From: the human T2T-CHM13v2.0 reference genome, Homo sapiens
Assembly: GCA_009914755.4 (NCBI GenBank)
Contig: CP086569.2
Coordinates: forward strand, 29,280,001-29,344,000
Length of the DNA stretch: 64,000 nucleotides
Direction of reading: 5' to 3'
Of the stretch, positions 14,359 through 28,534 are shown piece by piece. The notes beneath the pieces are model-generated. The model was not told the DNA's origin. It saw only the letters and a program-made list of their open reading frames with translations, and searched no databases. The stretch's first letter is position 1. Each line of letters starts with the position of its first letter. The position numbers and the translations under genes are program-made.

Positions 14359-17300
14359 AACCACAAGGAATGGACAGGAATAGAATGGTCTCGAATTGAA
14401 TGGAATCGTATGGAATGGCATCAAACGGAATGGAATGGACAGCCACGGAATGGAATGCACTCGAATGCAATGGAGTCGAAACTAATGGACTGGAATAGAA
14501 TGGACTCGACTGGTACGGACTCCAATGGAATGGAATCGAATGGAAGGGAATCGAACGGAATGGACTCGAAGGGAAAAGACTGCAATGGAAAGGTCTCGAA
14601 TGGAATGGAAATTAATGGAATGGAATGGAATCGAATGAAATGGAGTCAAAAGGAATGGAATCGAATGGCAAGAAATCGAATGTAATGGAATCGCAAGGAA
14701 TTGATGTGAACGGAACGGAATGGAATGGAATCCAAAGGAATGGAATAGAATGGAATGGAATCGAATGGAAAGGACTCGAATGGAAATCACTCGAATAGAA
14801 TGCAATTTAATAAAATAGGATCAAATGGAATGGAATGGAATGGAAAGGAATCGAAACGAAAGGAATGGAGACAGATGGAATGGAATGGAACAGAGAGCAA
14901 TGGTATAGAATGGAATGGAATCATCTGGAATGGAATTGAATGGAATGGAATAATATGAAATGGAATGGAATGGAATGGAATGGAATGCCCTTGAATTAAA
15001 TGGACTGGAATGGAATGGACTCGAACAGAGTGGAATGGAAAGTGTTGAGATAGAATGGAATGGACTCCTTTGGAATGGTGTAGTATGCAATGCAATCGAC
15101 TGGCAGGGAATTAAAAGGAATGTAATCGAATGGATTGGACTGGAATGCAATGGACTCGAATAGATTGCAAACGGAATGCAAAGGAATGGAATGGAATAGT
15201 ATGGAATGGAATGGAAAGGAATGGAGTGGAATAGACTAGAGTGGAATGGAATGGACTGGAAAGCAATGGACTGGAATGGAACTTTCTTGAATGGACTGGA
15301 ATCAAGCGGAATGGAATGCAATGCAATCAAATGGCATGGAATAAAATAGAATGAAAGAGAATCAAATGGAATTGAATCGAATGGAATCGAATGGATTGGA
15401 AAGGAATAGAATGGAATGGAATGGAATGGACTAGAATGGAATGGATTCGAATGGAAGGCAAAGGAATGGAATCTATTGGAATGGACTGTAATGGAATGGA
15501 ATGGAAGGGATTGGAATGGACTCGAATGGAATGGACTGCAATAGAAAGGATTCGAATGGAATGAAAAAGAATTGAATGGAATAGAACAGAATGGAATCAA
15601 ATCGAATGAAATGGAATGGAATAGAAAGGAATGGAATGAAATGGAATGGAAAGGATTCGAATGGAATGCAATCGAATGGAATGGAATCGAACGGAATGGA
15701 ATAAAATGGAAGAAAACTGGCAAGAAATGGAATCGAAATGAATGGAGTGTTATGGAACAGACTCAAAAGGAATTGAATGTAATAGAATGGAGTGGAGTGG
15801 ACTCGAATATAATGGACTGGAATGGAATGAAATCACATGGAATGGGAACGAATGGAATGGAATGGAAAGGAATGGAATCGAATGGAAAGGAATCGAATGG
15901 AAGGGAATGAAATTGAATCAACAGGAATGGAAGGGAATAGAATAGACGGTAATGGAATGGACTCGAATAGAATGGACACGAATGCTCAAATTGAATGGAC
16001 TCGAATGGAATGGAAACGAAAGGAATGTCATCGAATGGAATTGAATCGATTGGAATGAAATCGCATAGAATGGAGTGGAATCAAATGGAATTGAATCGAA
16101 AGGAAAGGAAGCGAATGGACTGAAATGAAATGGAATGGAATTGAATGGAAAGTAATGCAATGGAAGAGAATGGAACGAAATTTCACGGAATGGAATCAAA
16201 CTGAATGGAATCAAATCAATGGAATATAATCAAATGGAATGGAAAGGAATTGAATGGAGTAGATTGGATTGGATGGGATTGGAATGAAATGTACTGGAAA
16301 GGACTCGAATTTCATGAAACGGAATGGAATGAATTGGAACGGAATGGACTCGAATGGAATGGAATGTCATGGAATGGCATCAAATGGAATGGCATCAAAT
16401 GGAATGGAATCGAATGCAATGGAATGCTATGGAATGGAATGGAATGCATTGGAATGGAATGTCCTCTAATGGAATGGATTCGAGTGGAATGGAATCGAAT
16501 ATAATGGAGTCGAATGAAATGGAATTGAAAGGAATGGGATCGAATACAATGGAATATACTGGAATGTAATGTAATGAACTCGAATGTAATTGACTGGAAT
16601 GGAATGTACATGAATGGAATGTAATCGAATGGAAAGTAATCCAATGGAATAGAATCTAATGCAATAAAATCGACTCAGATAGAGTAGAATGTAATGGAAT
16701 GGAGTGCAGTGCAATGGAATGGAATGGAATGGAATGCAATGGAATGGAATGGAATGGAATGGAATGGAATGGAATGGGATGGAATGGTATGGAGTGGATA
16801 GTAATGGACTGGAGTGAAATGGACTGGAAAGGAATGGACTCAAATTGAAAGGGCTCGAAAGGAATGGAGTCAAATGGAATGGTCTGGAATGGAATGAACA
16901 CGAAAGTAATGCAAACCAATAGAATGGAATCGAATGGCATGGAATATAAAGAAATGGAATCGAAGAGAATGGAAACAAATGGAATGGAATTGAATGGAAT
17001 GGAATTGAATGGAATGGGAACGAGTGGAGTGAAATTGTATGCAGTAGAAGGGAATAGAATGGAATGCAAGCGAAAGGAAAGGAATGGATTGGAATGGAAT
17101 GGAATTCATTGGAATGGAAGGGAATGTAGTGTAATGGACAGGCCTGGAATAAAGTGGAATGCTACGGTCTCGAATGGAATAAAAATGTATGGAATGGAAT
17201 GCAATGAAACGGAATCGAATGTCATAGAATGTAATGGAATGCAAAAAAATGGAATCCAAAATCATTGACTGGAAAGGCTGGGTGTCGAAAGGAATTGACT

Positions 17301-17887
17301 CCAATGGAATGGAATCGAATGGAATGGAAGTGAATAGAATCGAACTAAATCGAATGGAATGGAATTGATAGGAACGGAATGGAAAGGAATGCAATGATTT
17401 GGCATGGAATGGAATCGAATGGCATCGAATGGAATGGAATGGAATGCAATGGAATGGAATGTATTAGAATGTAATGAACTTTAATGGAATGTACTCGAAT
17501 GGATTCGACTGGAATGGAATGTTCTGGAAGTGAATGGACTCCAATGGAATGGATTCAAAAGGAATGGAATCGTACGGAATGGAATCTAATGGAAATGAAT
17601 CAAATTGAATAGCACGGAATTGAATTGAATGGAATGGAATGCAATGGAATCTAATGAAACGGAAAGGAAAGGAATGGAATGGAATGGAATGGGCTGGAAT
17701 GGAAAGGAATCGAAACGAATGGAATGGAATCGAACTGAAGAGACTGGAATGGAATGCACTGGAATGGAAGGGAGTGTAATGGAAGGTTCTCGACAAAAAT
17801 GGAATCGAATGGAATGGAATTGAATGGAACGGAATAGAGTCGAATTGAATTGAATGGAATGGAATGGACTAGAGTGAAATGGAATCG
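14359..17887 (+). repeat. HSat3/DYZ1-type HOR unit 5 (3529 bp)
   Basis: Anchor spacing; ORFs 14755..14958 and 14960..15163 match 18284..18487 and 18489..18692. Confidence 0.9.
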
Positions 17888-20800
17888 AACCACAAGGAAT
17901 GGACAGGAATAGAATGGTCTCGAATTGAATGGAATCGTATGGAATGGCATCAAACGGAATGGAATGGACAGCCACGGAATGGAATGCACTCGAATGCAAT
18001 GGAGTCGAAACTAATGGACTGGAATAGAATGGACTCGACTGGTACGGACTCCAATGGAATGGAATCGAATGGAAGGGAATCGAACGGAATGGACTCGAAG
18101 GGAAAAGACTGCAATGGAAAGGTCTCGAATGGAATGGAAATTAATGGAATGGAATGGAATCGAATGAAATGGAGTCAAAAGGAATGGAATCGAATGGCAA
18201 GAAATCGAATGTAATGGAATCGCAAGGAATTGATGTGAACGGAACGGAATGGAATGGAATCCAAAGGAATGGAATAGAATGGAATGGAATCGAATGGAAA
18301 GGACTCGAATGGAAATCACTCGAATAGAATGCAATTTAATAAAATAGGATCAAATGTAATGGAATGGAATGGAAAGGAATCGAAACGAAAGGAATGGAGA
18401 CAGATGGAATGGAATGGAACAGAGAGCAATGGTATAGAATGGAATGGAATCATCTGGAATGGAATTGAATGGAATGGAATAATATGAAATGGAATGGAAT
18501 GGAATGGAATGGAATGCCCTTGAATTAAATGGACTGGAATGGAATGGACTCGAACAGAGTGGAATGGAAAGTGTTGAGATAGAATGGAATGGACTCCTTT
18601 GGAATGGTCTAGTATGCAATGCAATGGACTGGCAGGGAATCAAAAGGAATGTAATCGAATGGAATGGACTGGAATGCAATGGACTCGAATAGATTGCAAA
18701 CGGAATGCAAAGGAATGGAATGGAATAGTATGGAATGGAATGGAAAGGAATGGAGTGGAATAGACTAGAGTGGAATGGAATGGACTGGAAAGCAATGGAC
18801 TGGAATGGAACTTTCTTGAATGGACTGGAATCAAGCGGAATGGAATGCAATGCAATCAAATGGCATGGAATAAAATAGAATGAAAGAGAATCAAATGGAA
18901 TTGAATCGAATGGAATCGAATGGATTGGAAAGGAATAGAATGGAATGGAATGGAATTGACTCAAATGGAATGGACTAGAATGGAATGGATTCGAATGGAA
19001 GGCAAAGGAATGGAATCTATTGGAATGGACTGTAATGGAATGGAAAGGAAGAGATTGGAATGGACTCGAATGGAATGGACTGCAATAGAAAGGATTCGAA
19101 TGGAATGAAAAAGAATTGAATGGAATAGAACAGAATGGAATCAAATCGAATGAAATGGAATGGAATAGAAAGGAATGGAATGAAATGGAATGGAAAGGAT
19201 TCGAATGGAATGCAATCGAATGGAATGGAATCGAACGGAATGGAATAAAATGGAAGAAAACTGGCAAGAAATGGAATCGAAATGAATGGAGTGTTATGGA
19301 ACGGACTCAAAAGGAATTGAATGTAATAGAATGGAGTGGAGTGGACTCGAATATAATGGACTGGAATGGAATGAAATCACATGGAATGGGAACGAATGGA
19401 ATGGAATGGAAAGGAATGGAATCGAATGGAAAGGAATCGAATGGAAGGGAATGAAATTGAATCAACAGGAATGGAAGGGAATAGAATAGACGGTAATGGA
19501 ATGGACTCGAATAGAATGGACACGAATGCTCAAATTGAATGGACTCGAATGGAATGGAAACGAAAGGAATGTCATCGAATGGAATTGAATCGATTGGAAT
19601 GAAATCGCATAGAATGGAGTGGAATCAAATGGAATTGAATCGAAAGGAAAGGAAGCGAATGGACTGAAATGAAATGGAATGGAATTGAATGGAAAGTAAT
19701 GCAATGGAATAGAATCGAACGAAGTTTCACGGAATGGAATCAAACTGAATGGAATCAAATCAATGGAATCTAATCAAATGGAATGGAAAGGAATTGAATG
19801 GAGTAGATTGGATTGGATGGGATTGGAATGAAATGTACTGGAAAGAACTCGAATTTCATGAAACGGAATGGAATGAATTGGAACGGAATGGACTCGAATG
19901 GAATGGAATGTCATGGAATGGCATCAAATGGAATGGCATCAAATGGAATGGAATCGAATGCAATGGAATGCTATGGAATGGAATGGAATGCATTGGAATG
20001 GAATGTCCTCTAATGGAATGGATTCGAGTGGAATGGAATCGAATATAATGGAGTCGAATGAAATGGAATTGAAAGGAATGGGATCGAATACAATGGAATA
20101 TACTGGAATGTAATGTAATGAACTCGAATGTAATTGACTGGAATGGAATGTACATGAATGGAATGTAATCGAATGGAAAGTAATCCAATGGAATAGAATC
20201 TAATGCAATAAAATCGACTCAGATAGAGTAGAATGTAATGGAATGGAGTGCAGTGCAATGGAATGGAATGGAATGGAATGCAATGGAATGGAATGGAATG
20301 GAATGGAATGGAATGGGATGGAATGGTATGGAATGGATAGTAATGGACTGGAGTGAAATGGACTGGAAAGGAATGGACTCAAATTGAAAGGGCTCGAAAG
20401 GAATGGAGTCAAATGGAATGGTCTGGAATGGAATGAACACGAAAGTAATGCAATCCAATAGAATGGAATCGAATGGCATGGAATATAAAGAAATGGAATC
20501 GAAGAGAATGGAAACAAATGGAATGGAATTGAATGGAATGGAATTGAATGGAATGGGAACGAATGGAGTGAAATTGTATGCAGTAGAAGGGAATAGAATG
20601 GAATGCAAGCGAAAGGAAAGGAATGGATTGGAATGGAATGGAATTCATTGGAATGGAAGGGAATGTAGTGTAATGGACAGGCCTGGAATAAAGTGGAATG
20701 CTACGGTCTCGAATGGAATAAAAATGTATGGAATGGAATGCAATGAAACGGAATCGAATGTCATAGAATGTAATGGAATGCAAAAAAATGGAATCCAAAA

Positions 20801-21446
20801 TCATTGACTGGAAAGGCTGGGTGTCGAAAGGAATTGACTCCAATGGAATGGAATCGAATGGAATGGAAGTGAATAGAATCGAACTAAATCGAATGGAATG
20901 GAATTGATAGGAACGGAATGGAAAGGAATGCAATGATTTGGCATGGAATGGAATCGAATGGCATCGAATGGAATGGAATGGAATGCAATGGAATGGAATG
21001 TATTAGAATGTAATGAACTTTAATGGAATGTACTCGAATGGATTCGACTGGAATGGAATGTTCTGGAAGTGAATGGGCTCCAATGGAATGGATTCAAAAG
21101 GAATGGAATCGTACGGAATGGAATCTAATGGAATGGAATTAAATGGAAATGAATCAAATTGAATAGCACGGAATTGAATTGAATCGAATCGAATGCAATG
21201 GAATCTAATGAAACGGAAAGGAATGGAGTGGAATGGAATGGAATGGAATGGGCTGGAATGGAAAGGAATCGAAACGAATGGAATGGAATCGAACTGAAGA
21301 GACTGGAATGGAATACACTGGAATGGAAGGGAGTGTAATGGAAGGTTCTCGAAAAAAATGGAATCGAATGGAATGGAATTGAATGGAACGGAATAGAGTC
21401 GAATGGAATTGAATGGAATGGAATGGACTAGAGTGAAATGGAATCG
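17888..21446 (+). repeat. HSat3/DYZ1-type HOR unit 6 (3559 bp)
   Basis: Anchor spacing; ORF 17879..18214 matches 21438..21773. Confidence 0.9.
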
Positions 21447-24400
21447 AACCACAAGGAATGGACAGGAATAGAATGGTCTCGAATTGAATGGAATCATATG
21501 GAATGGCATCAAACGGAATGGAATGGACAGCCACGGAATGGAATGCACTCGAATGCAATGGAGTCGAAACTAATGGACTGGAATAGAATGGACTCGACTG
21601 GTACGGACTCCAATGGAATGGAATCGAATGGAAGGGAATCGAACGGAATGGACTCGAAGGGAAAAGACTGCAATGGAAAGGTCTCGAATGGAATGGAAAT
21701 TAATGGAATGGAATGGAATCGAATGAAATGGAGTCAAAAGGAATGGAATCGAATGGCAAGAAATCGAATGTAATGGAATCGCAAGGAATTGATGTGAACG
21801 GAACGGAATGGAATGGAATCCAAAGGAATGGAATAGAATGGAATGGAATCGAATGGAAAGGACTCGAATGGAAATCACTCGAATAGAATGCAATTTAATA
21901 AAATAGGATCAAATGTAATGGAATGGAATGGAAAGGAATCGAAACGAAAGGAATGGAGACAGATGGAATGGAATGGAACAGAGAGCAATGGTATAGAATG
22001 GAATGGAATCATCTGGAATGGAATTGAATGGAATGGAATAATATGAAATGGAATGGAATGGAATGGAATGCCCTTGAATTAAATGGACTGGAATGGAATG
22101 GACTCGAACAGAGTGGAATGGAAAGTGTTGAGATAGAATGGAATGGACTCCTTTGGAATGGTCTAGTATGCAATGCAATCGACTGGCAGGGAATCAAAAG
22201 GAATGTAATCGAATGGATTGGACTGTAATGCAATGGACTCGAATAGATTGGAAACGGAATGCAAAGGAATGGAATGGAATAGTATGGAATGGAATGGAAA
22301 GGAATGGAGTGGAATAGACTAGAGTGGAATGGAATGGACTGGAAAGCAATGGACTGGAATGGAACATTCTTGAATGGACTGGAATCAAACGGAATGGAAT
22401 GCAATGCAATCAAATGGCATGGAATAAAATAGAATGAAAGAGAATCAAATGGAATTGAATCGAATGGAATCGAATGGATTGGAAAGGAATAGAATGGAAT
22501 GGAATGGAATTGACTCAAATGGAATGGACTAGAATGGAATGGATTCGAATGGAAGGCAAAGGAATGGAATCTATTGGAATGGACTGTAATGGAATGGAAT
22601 GGAAGGGATTGGAATGGACTCGAATGGAATGGACTGCAATAGAAAGGATTCGAATGGAATGAAAAAGAATTGAATGGAATAGAACAGAATGGAATCAAAT
22701 CGAATGAAATGGAATGGAATAGAAAGGAATGGAATGAAATGGAATGGAAAGGATTCGAATGGAATGCAATCGAATGGAATGGAATCGAACGGAATGGAAT
22801 AAAATGGAAGAAAACTGGCAAGAAATGGAATCGAAATGAATGGAGTGTTATGGAACGGACTCAAAAGGAATTGAATGTAATAGAATGGAGTGGAGTGGAC
22901 TCGAATATAATGGACTGGAATGGAATAAAATCACATGGAATGGGAACGAATGGAATGGAATGGAAAGGAATGGAATCGAATGGAAAGGAATCGAATGGAA
23001 GGGAATGAAATTGAATCAACAGGAATGGAAGGGAATAGAATAGACGGTAATGGAATGGACTCGAATAGAATGGACACGAATGCTCAAATTGAATGGACTC
23101 GAATGGAATGGAAACGAAAGGAATGTCATCGAATGGAATTGAATCGATTGGAATGAAATCGCATAGAATGGAGTGGAATCAAATGGAATTGAATCGAAAG
23201 GAAAGGAAGCGAATGGACTGAAATGAAATGGAATGGAATTGAATGGAAAGTAATGCAATGGAATAGAATCGAACGAAGTTTCACGGAATGGAATCAAACT
23301 GAATGGAATCAAATCAATGGAATCTAATCAAATGGAATGGAAAGGAATTGAATGGAGTAGATTGGATTGGATGGGATTGGAATGAAATGTACTGGAAAGA
23401 ACTCGAATTTCATGAAACGGAATGGAATGAATTGGAACGGAATGGACTCGAATGGAATGGAATGTCATGGAATGGCATCAAATGGAATGGCATCAAATGG
23501 AATGGAATCGAATGCAATGGAATGCTATGGAATGGAATGGAATGCATTGGAATGGAATGTCCTCTAATGGAATGGATTCGAGTGGAATGGAATCGAATAT
23601 AATGGAGTCGAATGAAATGGAATTGAAAGGAATGGGATCGAATACAATGGAATATACTGGAATGTAATGTAATGAACTCGAATGTAATTGACTGGAATGG
23701 AATGTACATGAATGGAATGTAATCGAATGGAAAGTAATCCAATGGAATAGAATCTAATGCAATAAAATCGACTCAGATAGAGTAGAATGTAATGGAATGG
23801 AGTGCAGTGCAATGGAATGGAATGGAATGGAATGCAATGGAATGGAATGGAATGGAATGGAATGGAATGGGATGGAATGGTATGGAATGGATAGTAATGG
23901 ACTGGAGTGAAATGGACTGGAAAGGAATGGACTCAAATTGAAAGGGCTCGAAAGGAATGGAGTCAAATGGAATGGTCTGGAATGGAATGAACACGAAAGT
24001 AATGCAATCCAATAGAATGGAATCGAATGGCATGGAATATAAAGAAATGGAATCGAAGAGAATGGAAACAAATGGAATGGAATTGAATGGAATGGAATTG
24101 AATGGAATGGGAACGAATGGAGTGAAATTGTATGCAGTAGAAGGGAATAGAATGGAATGCAAGCGAAAGGAAAGGAATGGATTGGAATGGAATGGAATTC
24201 ATTGGAATGGAAGGGAATGTAGTGTAATGGACAGGCCTGGAATAAAGTGGAATGCTACGGTCTCGAATGGAATAAAAATGTATGGAATGGAATGCAATGA
24301 AACGGAATCGAATGTCATAGAATGTAATGGAATGCAAAAAAATGGAATCCAAAATCATTGACTGGAAAGGCTGGGTGTCGAAAGGAATTGACTCCAATGG

Positions 24401-25000
24401 AATGGAATCGAATGGAATGGAAGTGAATAGAATCGAACTAAATCGAATGGAATGGAATTGATAGGAACGGAATGGAAAGGAATGCAATGATTTGGCATGG
24501 AATGGAATCGAATGGCATCGAATGGAATGGAATGGAATGCAATGGAATGGAATGTATTAGAATGTAATGAACTTTAATGGAATGTACTCGAATGGATTCG
24601 ACTGGAATGGAATGTTCTGGAAGTGAATGGGCTCCAATGGAATGGATTCAAAAGGAATGGAATCGTACGGAATGGAATCTAATGGAATGGAATTAAATGG
24701 AAATGAATCAAATTGAATAGCACGGAATTGAATTGAATCGAATCGAATGCAATGGAATCTAATGAAACGGAAAGGAATGGAGTGGAATGGAATGGAATGG
24801 AATGGGCTGGAATGGAAAGGAATCGAAACGAATGGAATGGAATCGAACTGAAGAGACTGGAATGGAATACACTGGAATGGAAGGGAGTGTAATGGAAGGT
24901 TCTCGAAAAAAATGGAATCGAATGGAATGGAATTGAATGGAACGGAATAGAGTCGAATGGAATTGAATGGAATGGAATGGACTAGAGTGAAATGGAATCG
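21447..25000 (+). repeat. HSat3/DYZ1-type HOR unit 7 (3554 bp)
   Basis: Anchor spacing. This unit shares private variants with unit 6 (ORFs 19749..20048 and 23303..23602 are identical). Confidence 0.9.
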
Positions 25001-28000
25001 AACCACAAGGAATGGACAGGAATAGAATGGTCTCGAATTGAATGGAATCATATGGAATGGCATCAAACGGAATGGAATGGACAGCCACGGAATGGAATGC
25101 ACTCGAATGCAATGGAGTCGAAACTAATGGACTGGAATAGAATGGACTCGACTGGTACGGACTCCAATGGAATGGAATCGAATGGAAGGGAATCGAACGG
25201 AATGGACTCGAAGGGAAAAGACTGCAATGGAAAGGTCTCGAATGGAATGGAAATTAATGGAATGGAATGGAATCGAATGAAATGGAGTCAAAAGGAATGG
25301 AATCGAATGGCAAGAAATCGAATGTAATGGAATCGCAAGGAATTGATGTGAACGGAACGGAATGGAATGGAATCCAAAGGAATGGAATAGAATGGAATGG
25401 AATCGAATGGAAAGGACTCGAATGGAAATCACTCGAATAGAATGCAATTTAATAAAATAGGATCAAATGTAATGGAATGGAATGGAAAGGAATCGAAACG
25501 AAAGGAATGGAGACAGATGGAATGGAATGGAACAGAGAGCAATGGTATAGAATGGAATGGAATCATCTGGAATGGAATTGAATGGAATGGAATACTATGA
25601 AATGGAATGGAATGGAATGGAATGCCCTTGAATTAAATGGACTGGAATGGAATGGACTCGAACAGAGTGGAATGGAAAGTGTTGAGATAGAATGGAATGG
25701 ACTCCTTTGGAATGGTCTAGTATGCAATGCAATCGACTGGCAGGGAATCAAAAGGAATGTAATCGAATGGATTGGACTGTAATGCAATGGACTCGAATAG
25801 ATTGGAAACGGAATGCAAAGGAATGGAATGGAATAGTATGGAATGGAATGGAAAGGAATGGAGTGGAATAGACTAGAGTGGAATGGAATGGACTGGAAAG
25901 CAATGGACTGGAATGGAACATTCTTGAATGGACTGGAATCAAACGGAATGGAATGCAATGCAATCAAATGGCATGGAATAAAATAGAATGAAAGAGAATC
26001 AAATGGAATTGAATCGAATGGAATCGAATGGATTGGAAAGGAATAGAATGGAATGGAATGGAATTGACTCAAATGGAATGGACTAGAATGGAATGGATTC
26101 GAATGGAAGGCAAAGGAATGGAATCTATTGGAATGGACTGTAATGGAATGGAATGGAAGGGATTGGAATGGACTCGAATGGAATGGACTGCAATAGAAAG
26201 GATTCGAATGGAATGAAAAAGAATTGAATGGAATAGAACAGAATGGAATCAAATCGAATGAAATGGAATGGAATAGAAAGGAATGGAATGAAATGGAATG
26301 GAAAGGATTCGAATGGAATGCAATCGAATGGAATGGAATCGAACGGAATGGAATAAAATGGAAGAAAACTGGCAAGAAATGGAATCGAAATGAATGGAGT
26401 GTTATGGAACGGACTCAAAAGGAATTGAATGTAATAGAATGGAGTGGAGTGGACTCGAATATAATGGACTGGAATGGAATGAAATCACATGGAATGGGAA
26501 CGAATGGAATGGAATGGAAAGGAATGGAATCGAATGGAAAGGAATCGAATGGAAGGGAATGAAATTGAATCAACAGGAATGGAAGGGAATAGAATAGACG
26601 GTAATGGAATGGACTCGAATAGAATGGACACGAATGCTCAAATTGAATGGACTCGAATGGAATGGAAACGAAAGGAATGTCATCGAATGGAATTGAATCG
26701 ATTGGAATGAAATCGCATAGAATGGAGTGGAATCAAATGGAATTGAATCGAAAGGAAAGGAAGCGAATGGACTGAAATGAAATGGAATGGAATTGAATGG
26801 AAAGTAATGCAATGGAATAGAATGGAACGAAATTTCACGGAATGGAATCAAACTGAATGGAATCAAATCAATGGAATCTAATCAAATGGAATGGAAAGGA
26901 ATTGAATGGAGTAGATTGGATTGGATGGGATTGGAATGAAATGTACTGGAAAGGACTCGAATTTCATGAAACGGAATGGAATGAATTGGAACGGAATGGA
27001 CTCGAATGGAATGGAATGTCATGGAATGGCATCAAATGGAATGGCATCAAATGGAATGGAATCGAATGCAATGGAATGCTATGGAATGGAATGGAATGCA
27101 TTGGAATGGAATGTCCTCTAATGGAATGGATTCGAGTGGAATGGAATCGAATATAATAGAGTCGAATGAAATAGAATTGAAAGGAATGGGATCAAATACA
27201 ATGGAATATACTGTAATGTAACGTAATGAACTCGAATGTAATTGACTGGAATGGAATGTACATGAATGGAATGTAATCGAATGGAAAGTAATCCAATGGA
27301 ATAGAATCTAATGCAATAAAATCGACTCAAATGGAGTAGAATGTAATGGAATGGAGTGCAGTGCAATGGAATGGAATGGAATGGAATGCAATGGAATGGA
27401 ATGGAATGGGATGGAATGGTATGGAATGGATAGTAATGGACTGGAGTGAAATGGACTGGAAAGGAATGGACTCAAATTGAAAGGGCTCGAAAGGAATGGA
27501 GTCAAATGGAATGGTCTGGAATGGAATGAACACGAATGTAATGCAGTCCAATAGAATGGAATCGAATGGCATGGAATATAAAGAAATGGAATCGAAGAGA
27601 ATGGAAACAAATGGAATGGAATTGAATGGAATGGAATTGAATGGAATGGGAACGAATGGAGTGAAATTGTATGCAGTAGAAGAGAATAGAATGGAATGCA
27701 AGCGAAAGGAAAGGAATGGATTGGAAGGGAATGGAATTCATTGGAATGGAAGGGAATGTAGTGTAATGGACAGGCCTGGAATAAAGTGGAATGCTACGGT
27801 CTCGAATGGAATAAAAATGTATGGAATGGAATGCAATGAAACGGAATCGAATGTCATAGAATGTAATGGAATGCAAAAAAATGGAATCCAAAATCATTGA
27901 CTGGAAAGGCTGGGTGTCGAAAGGAATTGACTCCAATGGAATGGAATCGAATGGAATGGAAGTGAATAGAATCGAACTAAATCGAATGGAATGGAATTGA

Positions 28001-28534
28001 TAGGAACGGATTGGAAAGGAATGCAATGATTTGGCATGGAATGGAATCGAATGGCATCGAATGGAATGGAATGGAATGCAATGGAATGGAATGTATTAGA
28101 ATGTAATGAACTTTAATGGAATGTACTCGAATGGATTCGACTGGAATGGAATGTTCTGGAAGTGAATGGACTCCAATGGAATGGATTCAAAAGGAATGGA
28201 ATCGTACGGAATGGAATCTAATGGAATGGAATTAAATGGAAATGAATCAAATTGAATAGCACGGAATTGAATTGAATGGAATCGAATGCAATGGAATCTA
28301 ATGAAACGAAAAGGAAAGGAATGGAATGGAATGGAATGGGCTGGAATGGAAAGGAATCGAAACGAATGGAATGGAATCGAACTGAAGAGACTGGAATGGA
28401 ATGCACTGGAATGGAAGGGAGTGTAATGGAAGGTTCTCGACAAAAATGAAATCGAATGGAATGGAATTGAATGGAACGGAATAGAGTCGAATGGAATTGA
28501 ATGGAATGGAATGGACTAGAGTGAAATGGAATCG
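25001..28534 (+). repeat. HSat3/DYZ1-type HOR unit 8 (3534 bp)
   Basis: Anchor spacing; ORF 24992..25327 matches 28526..28861. Confidence 0.9.
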